Below, in pieces: positions 57,878-64,000 of a stretch of 64,000 bases of DNA. The position numbers and the translations under genes were made by a program. Location of the stretch: the NCBI GenBank assembly GCA_033763315.1, contig JANRKS010000022.1, positions 96,001 through 160,000 of the forward strand, read 5' to 3'. Numbering within the stretch: position 1 is the first letter of the stretch; every line of letters starts with the position of its first letter. Source of the stretch: Deltaproteobacteria bacterium (GTDB taxonomy: Bacteria; Myxococcota_A; Polyangia; Fen-1088). The notes under the pieces were generated by a model. The model saw only the letters and a list, made by a program, of their open reading frames with translations. It did no database searches and was not told where the DNA came from.

Positions 57878-59293
57878 CTAGCCGGCGTGGCCATCGTTCA
57901 GGAGGCCACCAATGACCCGGCCCGCCACATCGGTAAGGCGATAGTCGCGGCCGGCGAAGCGGTAGGTGAGCCGGGTGTGATCGATGCCGAACAGATGCAA
58001 CAAGGTGGCGTGAAGATCATGAACGTCCATCACGTCCTTCACCGCTTTGAAACCAAACTCGTCGGTGGCACCGTGGGCTTGGCCTCCCTTGATCCCGGCA
58101 CCGGCAAGCAACACCGTAAAGCCGAACGGGTTGTGATCGCGGCCTGACGCCGAGCGGATGCCACCGGGTCCGCCTTGCCCCACTTCCACCACGGGGGTGC
58201 GGCCGAACTCGGAGCCTATCACCACCACGGTTTCGTCAAGCAGCCCGCGGCGTCCTAAGTCCGTGAGTAGCGCTGCGATAGGCTGATCGCTTGTGCGGGC
58301 ATGGCGGCGGTGCAAGAAGATGTCGTCGTGGTGGTCCCAAGGATTGCCCTTGTCGAAATACACCTGCACCGATCTTACGCCACGCTCCACAAGCCGACGC
58401 GCCAGCAAACAACTGCGCGCAAAGGCACCTTCACCGTAAAGCGCAAGAGTACGCGGATCTTCCCGGCTGAGGTCAAATGCCTCGGGTGCTTCGCTTTGCA
58501 TCCGGAAGGCCACCTCCATGCTTTTGATGTGCGCATCGAGCTGTGGATCGCCGCCGCTTGTTGTTGCGCGAGCCTCGTCCAAGGCGCGTGCCAAAGCCAG
58601 TTGTTCGCTTTGGTGCTGCCCGCTGTTGGGGCTCTTCAAATACGCAATGGCATCGCGAGGGTCTTTCGCGTTTGTGCCAATCAATGTGCCCTGGTGGCTG
58701 GAGGGCAAGAACGCGGATCCCCAAAGAGGTGCCCCCACCACAGGTGCGCCCGGTGAAAGCACGATGAAACCAGGCAGGTTTTGATTCTCACTGCCAAGCC
58801 CATAGGTCAGCCACGAGCCCATCGCGGGACGCCCGGTTTGAACGTGCCCGGTGTTCATCATGAGCATGCTGGGCTCATGATTGGGAATAAGGGTGGTCAT
58901 CGAACGCACCACACATATCTGGTCGATGAGCTTGGCCAGGTGGGGAAACAGTTCGCTTACCGGCAAGCCGCTTTGGCCGTGACGTGAAAACGAAAACGGC
59001 GAACGCATCAACGCGCCTGTCTTGCGTTCGGTCTTCAGATCCCCGCCGGGGTACGGCTTACCATCGTACTTGTCGAGCGTGGGCTTGGGATCGAAAGTGT
59101 CCACCTGTGAGATGCCGCCGTTGAGGAAGATGTGGATGACGTGCTTCGCCCGGGCCGGCTTGTGCGCCGCCTGCGCTTGCCCCAACAGTGACGACAACCC
59201 CAGAATGCCGAAGCCGGCCCCGCTGCGCGCCAGCAACTGACGACGTCCGACCGTGCGAAACAAACTGCGATCAATCAACATGGCAAAACTCAC
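57878..59293 (-). CDS. Tat-exported DUF1501 (planctomycete-type) protein
   Basis: GRRQLL, AKHVIHIFLNGG.SQVDTFDPKP, CLLARRLVERGVR, WDHH, EFGRTP, GRDHNP, DLHAT.L. Confidence 0.92.
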   Translation of the reverse strand: MSFAMLIDRSLFRTVGRRQLLARSGAGFGILGLSSLLGQAQAAHKPARAKHVIHIFLNGGISQVDTFDPKPTLDKYDGKPYPGGDLKTERKTGALMRSPFSFSRHGQSGLPVSELFPHLAKLIDQICVVRSMTTLIPNHEPSMLMMNTGHVQTGRPAMGSWLTYGLGSENQNLPGFIVLSPGAPVVGAPLWGSAFLPSSHQGTLIGTNAKDPRDAIAYLKSPNSGQHQSEQLALARALDEARATTSGGDPQLDAHIKSMEVAFRMQSEAPEAFDLSREDPRTLALYGEGAFARSCLLARRLVERGVRSVQVYFDKGNPWDHHDDIFLHRRHARTSDQPIAALLTDLGRRGLLDETVVVIGSEFGRTPVVEVGQGGPGGIRSASGRDHNPFGFTVLLAGAGIKGGQAHGATDEFGFKAVKDVMDVHDLHATLLHLFGIDHTRLTYRFAGRDYRLTDVAGRVIGGLLNDGHAG

Positions 59294-62141
59294 TGGTTGC
59301 GATCAACGCCTGAACGAAGGCACTCCACACATCGTCGGTGCCGCTTGCGACGAAGCTTTCCGCCAGCTGCAGCTCTTTCGGGTTCGGAACGCGCGCGAAG
59401 AGCAAGCGATAGGCCTCAGTGATCCGCAGCGCTGGCTTGCCTTTGGGCAGGCGTGCCGCTACCAGCGCTGACTGTTGCTGCACGAAGGGGCTATTGAGGA
59501 AAAACAGGCCCTGGCTTGGCACCGTGGTGGATTGGCGTTGCTCGGCCGTGAACCCAGGATCGGGAAAATCGAAAAGCGCCAAGAAGGGATCCTGCTGCTG
59601 CCGTGAGATGAAGGCATAAAGCGTGCGCCGATGGCTTTCGTGCAGCGACTGCGCGCTCGTGCCCCCCACCTTCATGTCCAGTTGCCCTGAAGCCGCAAGA
59701 AGGCTGTCGCGCAGCACCTCAACCTCGATGCGTCGGCGCGGATGCCGCCACAAAAGGCGTGCTTGTGGATCTTTGTCAGCGTAGGCAGGCTCCCAACGGC
59801 CCGAGAGTTGATATGTGGAAGACAGTAAGATCGTGCGGTGAAGCCACTTGGTGGATTGCCCGTTGGCAACGAAAGCGTACGCCAACCATTCCAGCAGTTC
59901 GGGATGGCTGGGCCTTTCGCCCAAAGTGCCAAAGTTGCTGGTGGTGGTCACCAGCCCGCGACCAAAGTGCTGCGCCCACACACGGTTGACGTACACGCGC
60001 GTCGCCAAAGGGTGCATCGCCACGTGTTCAGCCAATTCGCGACGTCCGCTGCCTTGTGCGTAGGCCGTGGGCGCTTGTTCCGAGAGCACGGTGAGAAAGC
60101 GTCTTGGCACTTCATCGCCCAATAAAGCAGGATTGCCCCGCACGTGAACACGCATGTTGGGGCTTTCGCGTTCCACGTCTTCCAGCGTGGCTATCGTGGG
60201 CACGGACGGAGGCGCAGCCGCTTGCAACGATTTGACGTCCGCTTGCAAGGTTGCATAAAGCGAAGCGGCAGGCCCATGCAGCCATCGCGTGATCTTGTTG
60301 CCTGCATAAAGCAGCACGCCATCTTGCGCAGGGATGCCCTCACCGGTCTCGTTCTTCCAATCGACGAAAAGGTCAACGAACAGGTTCTTGTGTTCGCGCG
60401 ATACCGCTTTGACTTCCACCTTGTTCGGCGCGACTGTTTCGTGTTCGGCGTAGTTTTGTCGAAAGGCGTCTGCGGGCCTGCGCTTTACGTACTTCGCAAG
60501 CACTGCCTGGTTTTCCGCTTCCGTGTCTTGCACCAACTGCAGGGCTTTAATCACCGTGCTCGCAAACGCCTGCGCCACCGCATGCACGCGAGCGGCCGGC
60601 ACGCGATGGCCCTTGCGCGCGGAGGCGATGGCCTTGTCCCAATCGTTCAAGAAGCCGTGATTGCGTTCTTTTGCTGGCTGAAGATAGGAGATCCACCGCG
60701 ACAGAGTTTCTTCGTCCAGCCCCTGCGGGTGCGCGGCCGCAGGTTGCGCATTCACCAACACTTGCCAAGCCGCTTCCATGTATGCGCCTGTTTGATAGGC
60801 AAGCGCTGTGTAAAGCAGCTTTGCCTGCGTGGTCTCAAACTCTTTGAGACGTTCTTTCGCCTTTCGCACCAGCACGCCGTGGGCTTTTGCGCGCTCGGTT
60901 TCTAAGGTCGTTGCCAGCGAGCGTTCGGCATAGTGTGAACGCCAGAACACCCCCGCGATTCCATAGTAGTCGCGCAGGCTGATGGGATCGTACTTGTGAT
61001 CATGGCAGCGCGCACAGGCAACGGTTAATCCCAGGAAGCCGCGGCTGAGCGTGTCCACGCGATCTTGCAGCTCCTCGGCAACCGATTTCGCCACGCCGCC
61101 CATGCCGTAATAGTAAGGACCAAGCGCCGCCCAACCCGTGGCAACAGCCATGGGCGTGTGGCCCAACTTCGCGCGCGGCTCAAGCAGATCGCCCGCGATA
61201 TGCGCCCGCACGAACGAATCGTAGGGCATGTCGCGATTGAAGGCTTCCACCACGAAATCGCGGTATCGAAACGCGTGATCGTAACGGGCACCACCAACGT
61301 CTTGTTCCGCGTAGCGCATGACATCCAACCAGTGACGCCCCCAGCGCTCGCCGTAGTGGGGCGAAGCGAGCAGCCGGTCCACCACCTTCGCGTAGGCTTG
61401 CGGTGATTTGTCGGCGAGGAAGGCATCGAGTTCGGCCGGTGTTGGCGGTAAACCTATGAGATCGAAAGTCACCCGCCGCAGCAGCGTTTCGCGCGCGGCT
61501 GGTGGCGCAGGTGTCATCCCCTCCGCTTGCAGACGTGCAAGCACGAAGGCATCAATGGGGGACTTCACCGCAGTTTCATTCTTGACCGCCGGAACGGGCA
61601 CGGGCCGCAGCGGCTGGAACGACCAGAACGCTTTGTGTTCAGGCTTAACGAACGCCGCTGTGTCGGCAGGCACAGCCGCCTTGGGCATGGGTGAGCCCGC
61701 CTTCACCCAGCGTTCGAGCAGCGCCACCTTGTGCGGTGCCAGCGGCTCGTCGGGTGGCATGTCCAAGTCATCGACGCGGCGCACGGCCTTGATGAGCAGG
61801 CTTTCGTCGGGGTTGCCCGGCACCATCACTTTGCCTGAATTCGAGCCGCGCAGAATGGCTTCCGGAGAGTCGAGTTTCAAACCACCGCTGGCTTTTTCAC
61901 CGTGGCATTTCCCACACTCGGCGATGAGGAGGGGGCGTATTTGTGCCTCGAAAAAGGCCTCGCCCGCTTCGTCGGCCAACGCCGTGGCGGGGTCGCTGGC
62001 AAAGGCGGCCAACGCCAACGCCTGGGCAGCGCCCGCGAGATGTTTTCGGCTGATCACCACGAAAGGATACACGTCAACCACTATAGAGAACAGCCCCATT
62101 TCGGTCTTCCTCCAAGGAGGCGCCTCACCTCTACGCGGCAT
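59271..62141 (-). CDS. PSD1 / planctomycete cytochrome c protein (PSCyt1, DUF1549, DUF1553)
   Basis: FFEAQIRPLL..CGKCH, RRVTFDLIGLPPT, YGERWGRHWLD, CARCHDHKYDP, HPELL.WLA. True start is probably near 62057. Confidence 0.92.
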   Translation of the reverse strand: MPRRGEAPPWRKTEMGLFSIVVDVYPFVVISRKHLAGAAQALALAAFASDPATALADEAGEAFFEAQIRPLLIAECGKCHGEKASGGLKLDSPEAILRGSNSGKVMVPGNPDESLLIKAVRRVDDLDMPPDEPLAPHKVALLERWVKAGSPMPKAAVPADTAAFVKPEHKAFWSFQPLRPVPVPAVKNETAVKSPIDAFVLARLQAEGMTPAPPAARETLLRRVTFDLIGLPPTPAELDAFLADKSPQAYAKVVDRLLASPHYGERWGRHWLDVMRYAEQDVGGARYDHAFRYRDFVVEAFNRDMPYDSFVRAHIAGDLLEPRAKLGHTPMAVATGWAALGPYYYGMGGVAKSVAEELQDRVDTLSRGFLGLTVACARCHDHKYDPISLRDYYGIAGVFWRSHYAERSLATTLETERAKAHGVLVRKAKERLKEFETTQAKLLYTALAYQTGAYMEAAWQVLVNAQPAAAHPQGLDEETLSRWISYLQPAKERNHGFLNDWDKAIASARKGHRVPAARVHAVAQAFASTVIKALQLVQDTEAENQAVLAKYVKRRPADAFRQNYAEHETVAPNKVEVKAVSREHKNLFVDLFVDWKNETGEGIPAQDGVLLYAGNKITRWLHGPAASLYATLQADVKSLQAAAPPSVPTIATLEDVERESPNMRVHVRGNPALLGDEVPRRFLTVLSEQAPTAYAQGSGRRELAEHVAMHPLATRVYVNRVWAQHFGRGLVTTTSNFGTLGERPSHPELLEWLAYAFVANGQSTKWLHRTILLSSTYQLSGRWEPAYADKDPQARLLWRHPRRRIEVEVLRDSLLAASGQLDMKVGGTSAQSLHESHRRTLYAFISRQQQDPFLALFDFPDPGFTAEQRQSTTVPSQGLFFLNSPFVQQQSALVAARLPKGKPALRITEAYRLLFARVPNPKELQLAESFVASGTDDVWSAFVQALIATSEFCHVD

Positions 62142-62234
62142 CCTTAGCCATTTCTCGTAGACAGAACTGCCCAGGGATTTGTCTGCGACGGTGGCCTATT
62201 CTACGCCCCCACTCGCGAGAACATTACTTTCCGT

Positions 62235-64000
62235 ATGAAGCGCATCATCACTCAGGCAGCATTTGGGGCTATCTCGATCGTCGTATCCGCGTCTTCCGCG
62301 TTCGCAAGCGACGATATGGTGGCCCTGTTGCGCCGCATGACGCTTGAGGAAAAGGTCGGCCAGCTTGTGCAAATGAGCTCGAACGACCTTACGGGCCCGG
62401 ACAAAGGCCAGGGCGGCATCGATGAGAAGCTTGATTTCATCCGTAAAGGCCAAGTGGGGGCCGTGGTCAACATTGCATCACCAGATAAAGTGAATCGCCT
62501 GCAAAACGTTGCGTTGCGAGAATCGCGCCTCGGCATTCCGCTGTTGTTTGGTTTTGACGTCGTTCATGGGCTGCACACCACCTTTCCAATTCCGCTGGCC
62601 GAATCCTGCAGTTGGGATCTGGAACTCATGCAGGCGACGGCGGCCGCTGCTGCGCGTGAGTCATACAACGCAGGCGTGCGATGGGTTTACGCACCCATGG
62701 TGGATGTCTCCCGGGATGCGCGCTGGGGGCGCGTGGCTGAAGGTGCGGGTGAAGATCCCTACTTAGGAAGTCTCATTGCCGCAGCCCGAGTGAAGGGCTT
62801 TCAGACGATCGAAGCAGGCCGCGTAGGGAAGGTTCTTGCGACCGTAAAACACTTTGCCGCTTACGGCGCCCCTGAAGCGGGACGCGACTATGCTGGCGTC
62901 GACATTTCTGAATCAACCCTGCGCAATGTTTACCTGCCGCCGTTTCGAGCAGCCATCGAGGCAGGCGCAGCTTCGCTGATGTCTGCGTTTCATGAAATCT
63001 CTGGCGTGCCCTGCACCGCCAATCCACATCTTCTCGACGAGATCCTGCGCAAGGAATGGGGCTGGAAAGGCTTTGTGGTCAGTGACTGGGGCGCGGTTGA
63101 TGAATTGCGAACGCACGGGTTTGCGTCGTCGGTGGAGGCCGCAACCCAAAAGGCCATGCGTGCTGGCACCGACATCGATATGTGCTCAGGGGCCTATAAC
63201 GCCAGCCTTGCAGCGTTGGTCAAGAACAAGCGATTGGATGTGGCCTCGCTTGATCGCGCCGTTTTGCGCGTGCTTGAGGGCAAGAAGGCCGCCGGGCTTT
63301 TTGCGCAACCCCTCGCGACGCAGAACAACGAAGACTGGCCGCAACACAAGCCTCTGGCGATGAGGGCCGCGCTCGAATCGATTGTGCTTTTGAAGAACGA
63401 GGGGAACCTTCTGCCCTTGGCCAAGACCACGAAACGCATCGCGGTCATTGGCCCTTTTGCGGAGACCAAACTCGAAGCCCTAGGCAGTTGGTGGGCCTTG
63501 GGCCGCAAGGAAGACGTGGTGACGCTGGCCGCCGGCATTCGATCTTTGGTTGCGCCAGGGACCGAAGTTCGTGTGGCGCTTGGAACCGATTTTCGCGGCA
63601 AAACCAAGAACATTGAAGATGCCGCTGCTCTGGCGAAATGGTCAGACATCGTGGTGCTATCCCTGGGCGATCCGGGTTGGAACACGGGCGAGAACAACAG
63701 CAAGGTATCCTTGGATTTGTCGCTGCCGCAGCAAGAGCTGGTGCGGGCGGTCAAGGCCACCAGAAAACCGGTGGTGGTGGTACTGACAAACGGTGGCCCA
63801 CTATCGATCACGTCAGAAGTCGATTCATTTTCCGCCGTTGTTGAGGCTTGGGCGTTAGGACAAGCGGCAGGCACGGCCATCGCGCAGGTCTTGTTCGGCG
63901 AACATAACCCTTCGGGCAAACTCACCATCACTTTCCCTCGTCATGTCGGCCAAGTGCCCATTTACCATGCCCACAAAAACTCCGGCCGCCCACCGACTCA
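62235..64000 (+). CDS. bglX: GH3 beta-glucosidase BglX-like (3' end runs off the window; absent from the ORF track)
   Basis: Manual translation: MKRIITQAAF...MTLEEKVGQL, RLGIPLLFGFDVVHG, RDARWGRVAEGAGEDPYL, KHFAAYG..GRDY, FVVSDWG, SIVLLKNE. Confidence 0.92.
   Translation, partial: MKRIITQAAFGAISIVVSASSAFASDDMVALLRRMTLEEKVGQLVQMSSNDLTGPDKGQGGIDEKLDFIRKGQVGAVVNIASPDKVNRLQNVALRESRLGIPLLFGFDVVHGLHTTFPIPLAESCSWDLELMQATAAAAARESYNAGVRWVYAPMVDVSRDARWGRVAEGAGEDPYLGSLIAAARVKGFQTIEAGRVGKVLATVKHFAAYGAPEAGRDYAGVDISESTLRNVYLPPFRAAIEAGAASLMSAFHEISGVPCTANPHLLDEILRKEWGWKGFVVSDWGAVDELRTHGFASSVEAATQKAMRAGTDIDMCSGAYNASLAALVKNKRLDVASLDRAVLRVLEGKKAAGLFAQPLATQNNEDWPQHKPLAMRAALESIVLLKNEGNLLPLAKTTKRIAVIGPFAETKLEALGSWWALGRKEDVVTLAAGIRSLVAPGTEVRVALGTDFRGKTKNIEDAAALAKWSDIVVLSLGDPGWNTGENNSKVSLDLSLPQQELVRAVKATRKPVVVVLTNGGPLSITSEVDSFSAVVEAWALGQAAGTAIAQVLFGEHNPSGKLTITFPRHVGQVPIYHAHKNSGRPPT

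Noticed and set aside
62196-63931. Short ORFs listed in the ORF track at the window end
   Set aside because: All overlap the GH3 gene that starts at 62235 and runs off the window.
1-64000. tRNA, rRNA, transposase, integrase or defence genes
   Set aside because: No such motifs recognised by eye; tRNAscan, Infernal and HMM searches would be needed to exclude them formally.

Overview
GC-rich bacterial DNA, most likely from a Myxococcota (deltaproteobacterial) genome. That assignment is inferred from a GltJ/AgmX gliding protein, a Hanks kinase, Gly-linker and Cys-rich lipoproteins and DUF1592/DUF1552 pairs. 1-17.5 kb (minus strand) is a flagellar cluster: fleQ-like, TPR protein, fleR-like, flgBC, fliEFGHI, motE/ylxF-like, a giant fliK, flgDE, flbD and a partial motA. 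It is divergent from a FleN/FlhG-PilZ fusion followed by orn. Next come lipoproteins, a Tat oxidoreductase, an ABC exporter, gltJ and a Ser/Thr kinase. SCO is divergent from an A-family cytochrome c oxidase operon that appears to lack the K-channel residues. The rest holds three Tat/CxxCH DUF cassettes (DUF1552/DUF1592 twice, DUF1501/PSD1 once), two-component systems, a ~1270-aa aromatic repeat protein behind a possibly structured leader, and a partial GH3 beta-glucosidase. The best candidate for an undescribed system is a rewired flagellar regulatory circuit. Both sigma54 activators lack receiver domains, no FleS kinase is in the cluster, FleQ has lost its c-di-GMP motifs, and a PilZ domain is fused to the FleN anti-activator next to the pGpG-degrading Orn. 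Several sigma54 and sigma28 promoters sit inside the 3' tails of upstream ORFs. Other highlights are the 1135-aa FliK ruler, the K-channel-less oxidase and the giant repeat-protein locus. No tRNA, rRNA, CRISPR array or mobile element was seen. All calls come from reading motifs by eye; no searches were run.
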